This document shows, in pieces, positions 12,830-22,161 of a DNA stretch of 59,750 nucleotides (its first letter is position 1; each line of letters begins with the position of its first letter). Under the pieces are notes generated by a model. It did not search any database, was not told the DNA's origin, and saw nothing but the letters and a program-made list of their open reading frames with translations. Origin of the DNA: an uncultured Dehalococcoidales bacterium (lineage in GTDB: Bacteria; Chloroflexota; Dehalococcoidia; Dehalococcoidales; UBA2162); the NCBI GenBank assembly GCA_964396535.1, contig CAYNFT010000001.1, positions 1 to 59,750 on the forward strand. Reading direction: 5' to 3'. The translations under genes were made by a program, and so were the position numbers.

Positions 12830-13205
12830 ACTTAAAAACTGAATAGGTAAAGGCTGGGAACGAGACTAGTATGCCCCCAGCGAGGCTCAGAGAACCGGGT
12901 AAGGGTCCCCAGAAAAATCTCAGATTTTTCTGGGTATCTAAGGTGTGAGCCGGTGCCAGACGCAGGGGTTGAATGGACTTGGGAGCTGCAAACCGAAAGG
13001 GGTTTTCCCCAGGTAGGCTTTGACGGAAAGGGCACCGTTAGCAGAGCCCAGGGTATCGCTTGAGTATATTTGAGCTGTACCTGAGAGAGATGGTTGCCAA
13101 TTTTAACTTAGTTCCTGAAAGAGGGACAAAGTTTAAAAAGGTAATCAATTAGGGTGGCACCGCGAAGGATAACCCCTCGCCCCTAGGGCGAGGGGTTTTT
13201 GTTTA
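12830..13205 (+). promoter_or_regulatory. T-box leader (tRNA-Trp-responsive) of the trp operon. The 5' boundary is uncertain.
   Basis: T-box sequence AATTAGGGTGGCACCGCG at 13147-13164, overlapped by a terminator. Candidate specifier GAA-UGG-A at 12971-12977. UGGC (13155-13158) would pair with the GCCA end of a G73 tRNA such as bacterial tRNA-Trp. Confidence 0.75.
13173..13205 (+). terminator. intrinsic terminator of the T-box leader
   Basis: cccctcgccc/cta/gggcgagggg followed by tttttgttt. Confidence 0.85.
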
Positions 13206-13224
13206 CCAGATTGGCGGAGGTCAT

Positions 13225-14700
13225 ATGTATTATCCAACATTAGAAGAAGTTAAGAAGCTCAGCAAGGACGGTAATGTAGTACCTGTCTACCGTGAAATTG
13301 TTGCCGACCTGGAGACACCGGTGTCTGCCTTCCTGAAGATTAATAAGGGTGGCTACTCTTTCCTTCTGGAAAGTGTTGAGGGTGGTGAGAGGCTGGCTCG
13401 TTACAGTTTCATCGGCACTGAGCCGTATCGGGTGCTAACCACCAGAGGAGAGGATAATACTGACCCTCTCCCCCTCATTGCTGAGGAACTGAGCAGATAT
13501 AAGATAGTGCCGGTCGGCGAGCTGCCCAAGTTCTGCGGTGGTGCCGTAGGCTATCTCAGCTACGAAACGGTGACCCGCTTCGAGGAGTTGCCCTCTCCAG
13601 ACCGTGACCCGCTGGGCTTGCCCGAATCGCTATTTATGCTCGTGGATACGGTGCTTATCTTTGACCATGTTACCCACAAGATTAAGGTCTTGAGCCATGT
13701 CCACCTTGACGGAAATATAGAGGAAGCCTATCACAAAGCGGTGGATAAGATTGATAGGCTGGTATCTATGTTGAACCAGCCGCTTCAGCCCAGTAAGCAG
13801 ATGAACGGGGCTATCCCGGCAGTGAGTGAAACCAGGCCCTCCTCAAACTTTGCCAGAGAGGATTATGAAGCTGTTGTAACCAGGATAAAGCAGTATATCA
13901 CTGCCGGTGAAGTCATTCAGGTGGTGCCGTCACAGCGTCTGTCCCAGTCTACTAAGGCGGCTCCCTTTGACATCTATAGAGCCCTGCGTACTATCAATCC
14001 CTCCCCCTATATGTTCTACTTTGATTTTACCGACTTCCACATAATCGGGGCTTCTCCTGAGATTCTGGTGAGGGTGGAGGATGGTATAGTAACAACCCGT
14101 CCTCTGGCAGGCACCAGGCCGAGGGGGCAAAATCCGGCTGAAGACGTTATGCTGGAGCAGGAACTCCGAAGTGACGAAAAAGAGAGAGCCGAACACATTA
14201 TGCTGGTTGATTTAGGACGCAACGATATCGGGCGAGTGAGTGAGCCAGGCACGGTTGAAGTCAGTGAACTGATGGGGGTTGAGCGCTACTCCCACGTTAT
14301 GCACCTGGTTACCAATGTGCAGGGTAAGCTGCGGCGTGAGATGAATGCCTTTGATGCCCTGCAAGCCTGCTTTCCCGCCGGCACTGTTTCCGGGGCTCCG
14401 AAAATCCGGGCTATGGAAATAATCGCCGAGGTTGAGCCTGAAAAAAGGGGACCCTATGCTGGAGCCGCCGGCTACTTCTCCTTTTCGGGCAATATGGATA
14501 TGGCTATCGCCATAAGGACTATGGTGGTGACCAGGGGCGTTGCCTATACCCAGGCGGGCGGCGGCATTGTCTATGATAGTGTGCCTGAACGTGAATATGA
14601 GGAGACGATGAATAAGGCCAGAGCTCAACTTAACGCTATCAGCCAGGCTGAGATTTCCGGCTCTTTCGCACAGGGGGAAAATCATGCTGCTGCTGATTGA
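13225..14700 (+). CDS. trpE: anthranilate synthase component I
   Basis: 491 aa with LLESVEGGE and GAAGYFSFSGNMDMAIAIRT motifs. SD ggagg. Confidence 0.96.
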   Translation: MYYPTLEEVKKLSKDGNVVPVYREIVADLETPVSAFLKINKGGYSFLLESVEGGERLARYSFIGTEPYRVLTTRGEDNTDPLPLIAEELSRYKIVPVGELPKFCGGAVGYLSYETVTRFEELPSPDRDPLGLPESLFMLVDTVLIFDHVTHKIKVLSHVHLDGNIEEAYHKAVDKIDRLVSMLNQPLQPSKQMNGAIPAVSETRPSSNFAREDYEAVVTRIKQYITAGEVIQVVPSQRLSQSTKAAPFDIYRALRTINPSPYMFYFDFTDFHIIGASPEILVRVEDGIVTTRPLAGTRPRGQNPAEDVMLEQELRSDEKERAEHIMLVDLGRNDIGRVSEPGTVEVSELMGVERYSHVMHLVTNVQGKLRREMNAFDALQACFPAGTVSGAPKIRAMEIIAEVEPEKRGPYAGAAGYFSFSGNMDMAIAIRTMVVTRGVAYTQAGGGIVYDSVPEREYEETMNKARAQLNAISQAEISGSFAQGENHAAAD

Positions 14701-15256
14701 TAACTACGATAGCTTTACATATAACCTCTTCCAGTACCTGAGTGAACTGGGGGAGGAAGTAGATGTGGTGCGCAATGATAAGACTACCCTTGAGGAAATT
14801 GAGAGGGCGAAACCCCGGCAGATAGTTATCTCCCCCGGCCCGTCAACCCCGTTACATGCCGGTATCTCAAACGATGTTATCAAGCATTTCGGTCCAACCC
14901 TGCCGATACTCGGTGTCTGCCTGGGACATCAGTGTATTGGTTATAGCTATGGTGGTACCATCGGGCAGGCTAAAGAAATAATGCACGGCAAGTCGTCCCT
15001 GATATATCATAATAGCCAGGGAGTGCTGACAGGTTTACCCAACCCCTTCTCCGCCATCCGCTACCACTCGCTGGTGGTAAAGAAAGACGGACTCCCGGAC
15101 TGCTTTGAGGTAACCGCCTGGACAGATGATAATGAAATTATGGGACTGAGACACCGCCAGTACCCGGTCGAGGGCGTCCAGTTTCACCCCGAATCCTTCA
15201 TGACTCAAGTGGGGAAAGATTTGTTAAGGAATTTCTTGAGCTTGAGCGGAAAATAG
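14684..15256 (+). CDS. trpG: anthranilate synthase component II (glutamine amidotransferase)
   Basis: 190 aa. MLLLIDNYDSFTYNL, GVCLGHQ catalytic Cys, HPES. Overlaps trpE by 17 nt. Confidence 0.95.
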   Translation: MLLLIDNYDSFTYNLFQYLSELGEEVDVVRNDKTTLEEIERAKPRQIVISPGPSTPLHAGISNDVIKHFGPTLPILGVCLGHQCIGYSYGGTIGQAKEIMHGKSSLIYHNSQGVLTGLPNPFSAIRYHSLVVKKDGLPDCFEVTAWTDDNEIMGLRHRQYPVEGVQFHPESFMTQVGKDLLRNFLSLSGK

Positions 15257-15306
15257 AGGAGAGGTTAATAAAAACGCCCCTGTATGAATAAATGGGAGGA
15301 AGAAAA

Positions 15307-16320
15307 ATGATTAGAGAAGCTATTTCAACCTTAATATCTGGAAATTCGCTGACGATGGAGGAGGCGGCACAGGTTATGGAGGAGATAATGGGGGGGGGGG
15401 TAACTCCAGCCCAGTTTGGCGCCTTTGTCACCGCTCTCAGGCTCAAGGGAGAAACGGTTGAGGAAATCGCCGGGCTGGCCAGGACGATGAGGGCTAAAAC
15501 CATTCGAGTAATGACTGCCGACCCGGTGATTGATGTTGTCGGTACCGGCGGTGATGGTTCCAACACCTTTAATATCTCGACGGCGGCTGCCTTTGTTGTC
15601 GCTGGCGCTGGTCTCAGGGTAGCCAAGCATGGCAACCGTGCTATGAGCAGCCAGTGCGGCAGTGCCGACGTGCTGGAAGCCCTGGGTGTTAAGATTGAAC
15701 TTACTGCCGAGCAGGTGCAACGGTGCCTGGAGGAAGTGGGGATAGGCTTCATGTTTGCCCCGTCCTTTCATCCGGCGATGAAATACGCGGCTGCTCCTAG
15801 GCGCGAGATTGGTATTCGCACCGTGTTTAACATTCTCGGTCCACTGACCAACCCGGCTGATGCCAGGACTTATCTGCTGGGTGTTGCCGATGGGTCGCTG
15901 GTGGAGAAGCTGGCCCTGGTGCTGCAAAGTCTCGGCTGTCACCATGCCCTGGTAGTCCACGGTGAGGACGGCCTGGATGAAATCACCATTACCGGCAAAA
16001 CTCAGGTCTGTGAACTCAAGGAAGGTAGTACTAACAGCTATGCCGTCAGTCCCGAAGAATTCGGCTTATCCAGAGCCAGTCTGGACAGCCTCAAGGGTGG
16101 CACCGTTGATGAAAATGCAGCCCTGCTACGGTCAATTCTATCCGGTAACCCCGGCCCTCAACGAGACGCTGTGATAATGAATGCGGCGGCGGCTCTGGTC
16201 GCCGGTGATATGGCGCCATCACTTCAGCAAGGGTTGGGTCTGGCTCGAGATGCAATAGATAGTGGTCGAGCCCTGGCAAAACTGGAAAAACTGATTGAGT
16301 TCAGTCAAAGCTTCATTTAA
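15307..16320 (+). CDS. trpD: anthranilate phosphoribosyltransferase
   Basis: GTGGDGSNTFNISTAAAFV and KHGNRA motifs. ATG 15307 is preferred because gggaggaag (15294-15302) is its SD. Contains an 11-G run at 15390-15400. Confidence 0.95.
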   Translation: MIREAISTLISGNSLTMEEAAQVMEEIMGGGVTPAQFGAFVTALRLKGETVEEIAGLARTMRAKTIRVMTADPVIDVVGTGGDGSNTFNISTAAAFVVAGAGLRVAKHGNRAMSSQCGSADVLEALGVKIELTAEQVQRCLEEVGIGFMFAPSFHPAMKYAAAPRREIGIRTVFNILGPLTNPADARTYLLGVADGSLVEKLALVLQSLGCHHALVVHGEDGLDEITITGKTQVCELKEGSTNSYAVSPEEFGLSRASLDSLKGGTVDENAALLRSILSGNPGPQRDAVIMNAAAALVAGDMAPSLQQGLGLARDAIDSGRALAKLEKLIEFSQSFI

Positions 16321-16343
16321 TAAAAATTTAGACCGGGGGTTAA

Positions 16344-17120
16344 ATGATTTTAGACCAGATAGTGGCTGACAAATTACTGGAGATTGAGGTCAGAAAGCGT
16401 GACCTCCCTCTGGATGAGCTGCGAAAAACAGCAATGGAGCAATTGCCATCTCTCGACTTCGTTTTGGCTTTGCGTGGTGAGCGTGTTCAACTCATCGCCG
16501 AGGTTAAAAAAGCGTCGCCCTCAAGGGGTATTATCCGTTCCGATTTCAACCCGGTGGAGATAGCTCTAACCTACGCTGGCAACGGAGCCTCAGCCATATC
16601 AGTACTGACTGATTCAAAATACTTTCAGGGCAGTCTCGATTATCTTAAAAATATTAGGGATGCACTGGGAGATAAAAGGCTGCCCCTGCTGCGAAAGGAT
16701 TTCATCCTTGACCCATACCAGGTCTATGAATCAAGAGCTTATGGTGCCGATGCTCTATTGCTCATTATAGCCATTTTGACACCCGAAAAGGTGAAGGCTC
16801 TAATGGAATTGAGTCATCAACTGGGTATAAGCTGTCTGGTAGAAGTGCAAAACGAAGCCGAGCTTGAAATAGCTCTGAACAGCGGAGCCCGGGTCATCGG
16901 CATCAATAACCGTGACCTGAGCACCTTTGAAGTAGACCTGACCACAACCCAGCGGTTAAGGCTGCTTATCCCGAAGGATAGAATAGTAGTCAGTGAAAGT
17001 GGTATAAAAGACCGTGGCGATATAGAAAAGCTGGGTAACTGGGGCGTTGACGCTGTACTTATCGGCGAATCCCTGATGGCAGCAGACAATATTGCGGTCA
17101 AGATGAAGGAGTTTTTGTGA
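16344..17120 (+). CDS. trpC: indole-3-glycerol-phosphate synthase
   Basis: 258 aa with [25 protein letters not shown]. Confidence 0.95.
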   Translation: MILDQIVADKLLEIEVRKRDLPLDELRKTAMEQLPSLDFVLALRGERVQLIAEVKKASPSRGIIRSDFNPVEIALTYAGNGASAISVLTDSKYFQGSLDYLKNIRDALGDKRLPLLRKDFILDPYQVYESRAYGADALLLIIAILTPEKVKALMELSHQLGISCLVEVQNEAELEIALNSGARVIGINNRDLSTFEVDLTTTQRLRLLIPKDRIVVSESGIKDRGDIEKLGNWGVDAVLIGESLMAADNIAVKMKEFL

Positions 17121-17773
17121 CCAAGGTTAAGATTTGCGGTTTATCTGAGGTGGAGCATGCCCTGGCGGCTGGTGAAGCAGGCGCCGATTTCGTGGGAATG
17201 GTCTTCACCACCAGCCGGCGTCAGGTTTCTATAAAACAAGCATCGAAGATAGCGGAAGCTGTCCATAGCTTGAAAAGTCGGCCGGCGGTGGTTGGTGTTT
17301 TTGTTAATTTAACGGCTAAGGAGGTCAATCACATTGCTGACAATTGCCGATTGGACTGGGTGCAGCTCAGCGGCGATGAAACCTGGCAGTATTGCCGGGA
17401 GATTGAGAAGCCAGTCATCAAGGTTATCCATGTTAGTGAAGGTCAGAAAGCTGAAGATATAATCTCTGAAATTGAAAAAGGCTACGAGCTGTCTCTGAGG
17501 CAGGAGTGTATCTGTCTTCTGGACACACAGGCCGTAGATGCTTATGGCGGGACAGGGCAGGCGTTTGAGTGGCAATTAGCCAAGGAGGTATCAAATAGAT
17601 TTCCAGTGATGGTTGCTGGCGGACTTACCCCGGATAACATTGGGCAACTGGTTAAGGAGGTTAAGCCCTGGGGAGTTGATGTCTCTAGCGGAGTAGAGAG
17701 CGATGGACACAAAGATACTGTAAAGATAAAAGATTTTATTGAAGCAGTGCGAAAAGCCAGCGCGGAGGTATAA
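17117..17773 (+). CDS. trpF: phosphoribosylanthranilate isomerase
   Basis: 218 aa with KICGL and GADFVGMVF. 4-nt overlap with trpC. Confidence 0.93.
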   Translation: MTKVKICGLSEVEHALAAGEAGADFVGMVFTTSRRQVSIKQASKIAEAVHSLKSRPAVVGVFVNLTAKEVNHIADNCRLDWVQLSGDETWQYCREIEKPVIKVIHVSEGQKAEDIISEIEKGYELSLRQECICLLDTQAVDAYGGTGQAFEWQLAKEVSNRFPVMVAGGLTPDNIGQLVKEVKPWGVDVSSGVESDGHKDTVKIKDFIEAVRKASAEV

Positions 17774-17775
17774 GT

Positions 17776-18321
17776 ATGAATGTGTTGCCACCAGATCTTG
17801 AAAGGCTAATTGAAGTTATTGTTAAACTCAAAGAACAAATGGGGAAAGAGAAATATCGTCACGACTTACTAAATAACGAGTTACTAACACGCTATGTTCT
17901 TATTGACCCTCTGTTGAGAGCACTCGACTGGGATACGGGAAACCCTAAAGAAGTATGGGTTGAGTACAGAGTAACAGCCAAGAGGAGGAAGAGGGCTGAT
18001 TATGTTCTTTTCAGAGGTAAAGAAGCGGTTGCCTTGATTGAGGCTAAGAAGTTTGGCTGGCGTGGAGGAAAGGAATCCCCAATAATAAGAGCAGCTCGTC
18101 AAGTCTCTGGCTATCAAGTCTCAATGTCAAGCGTGCCTTTGGGAATAGTTACAGATGGGGGAGGATGGTGGGTTTACAAACTTCCTACGACTGGTCATCT
18201 TGAGGATAGACTTCTCATGTTTGATTTTAAGTGGGAATCATCAGAGATAGCCAGAGAGGCTCTGAAACTTGCGTCTACCAGAATTACAAGTTTAGTTAGA
18301 AAGGCGAGGGTAGGGAGGTAA
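17776..18321 (+). CDS. stand-alone HsdR_N-like PD-(D/E)xK nuclease-fold protein inserted in the trp operon
   Basis: 181 aa. [20 protein letters not shown] ... RADYVLF ... VALIEAKK matches the N-terminal domain pattern of type I R subunits (D ... ExK). Starts 2 nt after the trpF stop and ends 5 nt before the trpB start. Confidence 0.7.
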   Translation: MNVLPPDLERLIEVIVKLKEQMGKEKYRHDLLNNELLTRYVLIDPLLRALDWDTGNPKEVWVEYRVTAKRRKRADYVLFRGKEAVALIEAKKFGWRGGKESPIIRAARQVSGYQVSMSSVPLGIVTDGGGWWVYKLPTTGHLEDRLLMFDFKWESSEIAREALKLASTRITSLVRKARVGR

Positions 18322-18326
18322 AAAAA

Positions 18327-19514
18327 TTGCTACCGGATAACAGAGGGTATTTTGGAGACTACGGGGGGCAGTTTGTCCCGGAGACTTTGATGCCAGTCCT
18401 GGATGAGCTGGCGACAGCATACGAAGGAGCGAAGGCTGATGCCACTTTCTGGGCTGAGTTCGATTCGCTCTCCCGTGACTATTCAGGAAGACCGACGCCC
18501 CTTTACCTGGCAGAGAAGCTGACCCTACACTGTGGTGGTGCTCAGCTTTTTCTCAAGCGGGAGGACCTGGCTCATACCGGAGCCCATAAGATTAACAACG
18601 CTCTGGGGCAGGGTCTTCTTGCCCTGAGAATGGGCAAGCGAAGGATAATCGCTGAGACCGGAGCCGGGCAGCATGGGGTGGCTACCGCTGCCGTATGCGC
18701 CATGCTTGGACTGGAGTGTATTGTTTACATGGGCGAGGTGGACGTAAGACGTCAGTCGCTTAACGTCTTCCGCATGAAGCTGATGGGTGCCGAAGTAAGG
18801 CCGGTGTCCGGGGGCAGCCGAACGCTGAAGGACGCCATCAACGAGGCGATAAGAGACTGGGTGACCAATGCCAGGGATACGTATTACCTTCTCGGCTCAG
18901 TGGTTGGGCCCTATCCCTATCCCCCTATGGTACGAGATTTCCAGTCGGTAATTGGCAAGGAAACTAGGCAGCAAATTCTCGATAAATCGGGCCGCCTACC
19001 CGACTATATAGTTGCCTGCGTCGGTGGTGGCAGCAATGCCATCGGTATCTTCTATCCTTTTATAGATGATAAGGACGTTAAACTTATCGGGGTGGAGGCA
19101 GCCGGGAGGGGGCTTGACACCGGCGAGCATGCCGCTTCACTGGCGGCAGGACGAGTAGGAGTACTCCATGGTGCCAAATCCTACGTTCTTCAGGACGGCG
19201 AGGGGCAGATTAGAGAGACACACAGCGTCTCTGCTGGGCTGGACTATCCGGGTGTCGGTCCTGAGCACAGCTACCTCAAGGACACCGGACGTGCCACCTA
19301 TTTCGCCGTAAGCGATGATGAAGCGCTTGAGGGCTTTCAGCTACTCTGTCATACTGAGGGCATTACCCCAGCCCTTGAACCGTCTCACGCTATATTCTAT
19401 GCTGCCAGGTTGGCAGGTTCCTTAGATAAGGAGAAAATCGTTGTAATCAACCTCTCCGGACGAGGAGATAAAGACATGGATATTGTAGCTGAAGCACTGG
19501 GGGTGAAACCTTGA
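18327..19514 (+). CDS. trpB: tryptophan synthase beta chain
   Basis: 395 aa, TTG start with gggagg [11 protein letters not shown] (PLP lysine), GGGSNAIG. Confidence 0.96.
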   Translation: MLPDNRGYFGDYGGQFVPETLMPVLDELATAYEGAKADATFWAEFDSLSRDYSGRPTPLYLAEKLTLHCGGAQLFLKREDLAHTGAHKINNALGQGLLALRMGKRRIIAETGAGQHGVATAAVCAMLGLECIVYMGEVDVRRQSLNVFRMKLMGAEVRPVSGGSRTLKDAINEAIRDWVTNARDTYYLLGSVVGPYPYPPMVRDFQSVIGKETRQQILDKSGRLPDYIVACVGGGSNAIGIFYPFIDDKDVKLIGVEAAGRGLDTGEHAASLAAGRVGVLHGAKSYVLQDGEGQIRETHSVSAGLDYPGVGPEHSYLKDTGRATYFAVSDDEALEGFQLLCHTEGITPALEPSHAIFYAARLAGSLDKEKIVVINLSGRGDKDMDIVAEALGVKP

Positions 19515-20299
19515 GCCATATTGATGCTGTCTTCAAACAGCCGGGACACACTGCTTTTATCCCGTATGTTACCGTAGGTTATCCAAGCATTGAGGCTACC
19601 TTGAAGGTGGTTCCTCTTCTTGCCAGCAGCGGTTGCGATATAGTGGAGCTTGGGATACCCTTCTCCGACCCATTGGCCGATGGCGTCACCATACAAAAGG
19701 CGAGTTTTCACGCTTTGCAGAATGGTATTACGCCTAAAATTTGTCTAAAAGTAGCAAAAGAATTGAGCCAAAAGGTTAATATACCGCTGGTGTTTATGAC
19801 CTACTTTAATCCGGTCTTCAGCTATGGTCTTGAAGAATTCTGTAGCGCCTGTGCCAAGTCTGGTATTGGTGGCCTAATCATACCTGACCTGACTCCGGAG
19901 GAAGGCTCAGGGCTGGAAACCATCGCTCTGAAGCAAGGGCTCGACCTCATTTATCTTCTGGCTCCGACCAGTACTGAAGCGCGTGTCAGGCTAGTGGCAG
20001 AGAGGTCCCGGGGATTTATATACCTAGTTTCAGTGACCGGGGTTACCGGCGCCAGGGATAGACTGCCTGCTGACCTGGAGGCATTTGTTGGCAGGGTGAG
20101 GCAAGCGGTCAGTAAGCCGCTTTGTGTTGGCTTCGGGATATCTACTCTAGAGCAGGCAAGCCAGGTAGCCCGCATAGCTGACGGGGTGATAGTGGGCAGC
20201 CGAATAGTTCAGCTTATGGAGGCTGACGAATCAATGGGAAAGGTGGCGGATTTCGCCAAAGAATTAAGGCATGTCCTTAACCAGCCAGGCGGGATTTAG
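19511..20299 (+). CDS. trpA: tryptophan synthase alpha chain
   Basis: 262 aa. [23 protein letters not shown]. 4-nt overlap with trpB. Confidence 0.95.
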   Translation: MSHIDAVFKQPGHTAFIPYVTVGYPSIEATLKVVPLLASSGCDIVELGIPFSDPLADGVTIQKASFHALQNGITPKICLKVAKELSQKVNIPLVFMTYFNPVFSYGLEEFCSACAKSGIGGLIIPDLTPEEGSGLETIALKQGLDLIYLLAPTSTEARVRLVAERSRGFIYLVSVTGVTGARDRLPADLEAFVGRVRQAVSKPLCVGFGISTLEQASQVARIADGVIVGSRIVQLMEADESMGKVADFAKELRHVLNQPGGI

Positions 20300-20380
20300 A
20301 TTTACTAACCGGAAGAGCTTTCACCCGGATTCGATTTCCAACTGACACCAATTCATCACTTCATGCCTGGGTAATAACAG

Positions 20381-20416
20381 AAGGTTGGATATACGTATGT
20401 ACGTATATCCAACCTT
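20381..20416. terminator. perfect 16-bp inverted repeat between convergent trpA and a small Zn-ribbon gene
   Basis: aaggttggatatacgt/atgt/acgtatatccaacctt. There is no clear U tract, so terminator function is inferred from position only. Confidence 0.4.
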
Positions 20417-20447
20417 ACTTAGACCACAGATGTTTATGATATCGGCT

Positions 20448-20588
20448 TTAGCTCTTCCCGATTCTGAACATCTTAGTACCGCATGTTGGACAGGTCCCCT
20501 GAGTAGCCGGCTTGCCATTCTTCATGGTTATAGCCTTGGGGTCCCTCATTTCCTTTTTGGCTCGGCACTTCACACAGTATGCTTCCAT
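20448..20588 (-). CDS. small zinc-ribbon protein (DUF5679-like)
   Basis: Not in the ORF track (46 aa): MEAYCVKCRAKKEMRDPKAITMKNGKPATQGTCPTCGTKMFRIGKS. Two CxxC pairs. SD ggaggtagg 4 nt upstream of ATG 20588. Confidence 0.65.
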   Translation of the reverse strand: MEAYCVKCRAKKEMRDPKAITMKNGKPATQGTCPTCGTKMFRIGKS

Positions 20589-20760
20589 CAGCCTACCTCC
20601 CTTTTTGGTTAGAAAGCATAAACCATTTCATCCTATAATGTCAAGAGCCAGATAAAAATATTGTAGTTTTTTGGGAAGCAAACTTCCCTTGTAATGCCAT
20701 GGTTCTTAAGCTAAAATAGCGGATATGTTGTTACTAATCATATGAACAAGAGCAGGTTAT

Positions 20761-20790
20761 TTGACATTATCGTATTAGTGTGGTTAAAAT
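20761..20790 (+). promoter_or_regulatory. sigma70-like promoter TTGACA-N18-TAAAAT
   Basis: TTGACA 20761-20766, TAAAAT 20785-20790, 38 nt upstream of the CetZ-like start. Confidence 0.4.
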
Positions 20791-20827
20791 GGCATAACAA
20801 CTCATATATCTAGTATCGAGGTGGGAA

Positions 20828-22003
20828 ATGAAATTAGTGGTTATAGGTCTGGGGCAATGTGGCGGCAGGATTGCCGATGAGTTCGCTCGGCTGAATAACA
20901 AAGCACGGAGCAATCGCGGAATTGAAATAGTTACTGGTGCATTCGCTGTTAACACGGATGCTGCTGATTTAAGCGGGCTAACCAGCATAAGGCGCGATTA
21001 CCAGCACAGAATCCTCATTGGAGGTCGGAAGACTGGTGGTCACGGCGTAGGCAAAATAAATGAACTGGGTGCTGAGATAGCCAGAGCAGATGCCGACAAG
21101 GTTATAGATGCCATCAGGACAACCAAGCGGTTCTATGAAACAGATGCTTTCTTACTGATCGCCGGTGCTGCTGGTGGCACCGGCTCGGGAGGCCTACCAG
21201 TAGTGACACAGCATGTTAAGGCGCGCTATGTGGATAAACCTGTGTATGCTGCTGTCGTCCTTCCCTTTGAGCATGAAGAGCAAACAGAGGAAAGGACGAC
21301 ATATAACGCAGCCACCTGCCTTAAGTCTACCTACGCAGTAGCTGATGCTGTATTCCTTATTGATAATCAAAGGTATATTAGAAAAGACTCCTCGCTTAGT
21401 AACAACCTGACCAAAATAAACGCCCTAATAGCTGAGCCATTTTATGGTATACTCTGCGCCGGCGAAGAGAAAAAGCCCAAATACATCGGGGCGAAGTTGC
21501 TCGATGCCGGCGATATTATGCAGACCGTGGTAGGCTGGACAGTACTGGGCTATGGTACATCACAGCTTCCACTGCTCAGGTTCCCCGGTGAACGGACGCG
21601 CGATTTCAGGAAGAAAGGCAGCGAAACTCAAAAGGGCATCATGGCAATGGACGCAGCCATAAGTGAATTATCACTCAACTGCGACCCTGCAGATTCAAGG
21701 AGAGCCTTGTATCTAGTCTCCGCACCCTCCAGGGAAATGAATGTAGACCTGATTAAGGAACTCGGCGACTACCTGAGAAATATAGCGCCACAGGCTATAA
21801 TAAGGAACGGCGATTACCCCAGACAAAGAGGCATGTTAGATGTTAGCGTAATCCTGTCTGAACTAAGCAATGTGGAAAAGGTCAGGAATTACTATACAAC
21901 GTCAACTAGCCTTATTCCTAAGATGAAAAAGAGAGCGGCAGAAACAAAGGTCAAGCTTAAAGAAATTGAAGACACCTCAAAGGATGTTCCGTCGCTATTA
22001 TAA
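20828..22003 (+). CDS. tubulin-superfamily GTPase, CetZ-like
   Basis: 391 aa. MKLVVIGLGQCGGRIADEF (tubulin-like GQCG), GHGVGKINELGAEIA, AGAAGGTGSGGLP (GGTGSG signature), LIDNQRY, RNGDYP near the C-terminus. From memory this is colinear with archaeal CetZ1. Confidence 0.8.
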   Translation: MKLVVIGLGQCGGRIADEFARLNNKARSNRGIEIVTGAFAVNTDAADLSGLTSIRRDYQHRILIGGRKTGGHGVGKINELGAEIARADADKVIDAIRTTKRFYETDAFLLIAGAAGGTGSGGLPVVTQHVKARYVDKPVYAAVVLPFEHEEQTEERTTYNAATCLKSTYAVADAVFLIDNQRYIRKDSSLSNNLTKINALIAEPFYGILCAGEEKKPKYIGAKLLDAGDIMQTVVGWTVLGYGTSQLPLLRFPGERTRDFRKKGSETQKGIMAMDAAISELSLNCDPADSRRALYLVSAPSREMNVDLIKELGDYLRNIAPQAIIRNGDYPRQRGMLDVSVILSELSNVEKVRNYYTTSTSLIPKMKKRAAETKVKLKEIEDTSKDVPSLL

Positions 22004-22025
22004 CGAGATAATCTGAGCTTATTTT

Positions 22026-22088
22026 GCCAGCTTTACCAAGCTAGTAATCAACTTGATATACTAGGGTTATGTAGAGCTGGCTTTTTTT
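22026..22088 (+). terminator. structured terminator after the CetZ-like gene
   Basis: gccagct ... agctggc enclosing ctagta/tactag, followed by ttttttt. Confidence 0.55.
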
Positions 22089-22161
22089 AAAAAGAAAATC
22101 CATCCTTCCTAAAATTCCTTTGGAAATCAGCCAGTTATAGAGTATAATAGAAGCAACGAAA

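Noticed and set aside
12832-13035. 67-aa minus-strand ORF upstream of trpE
   Set aside because: It lies inside the T-box leader between a consensus promoter and the T-box sequence. It has no SD, and the translation is Ser/Pro/Gly-rich.
22004-22161. SRP RNA (ffs) upstream of dnaX, as in Firmicutes
   Set aside because: No domain-IV-like conserved motif is visible. The region is explained by a terminator hairpin plus AT-rich promoter-like sequence.
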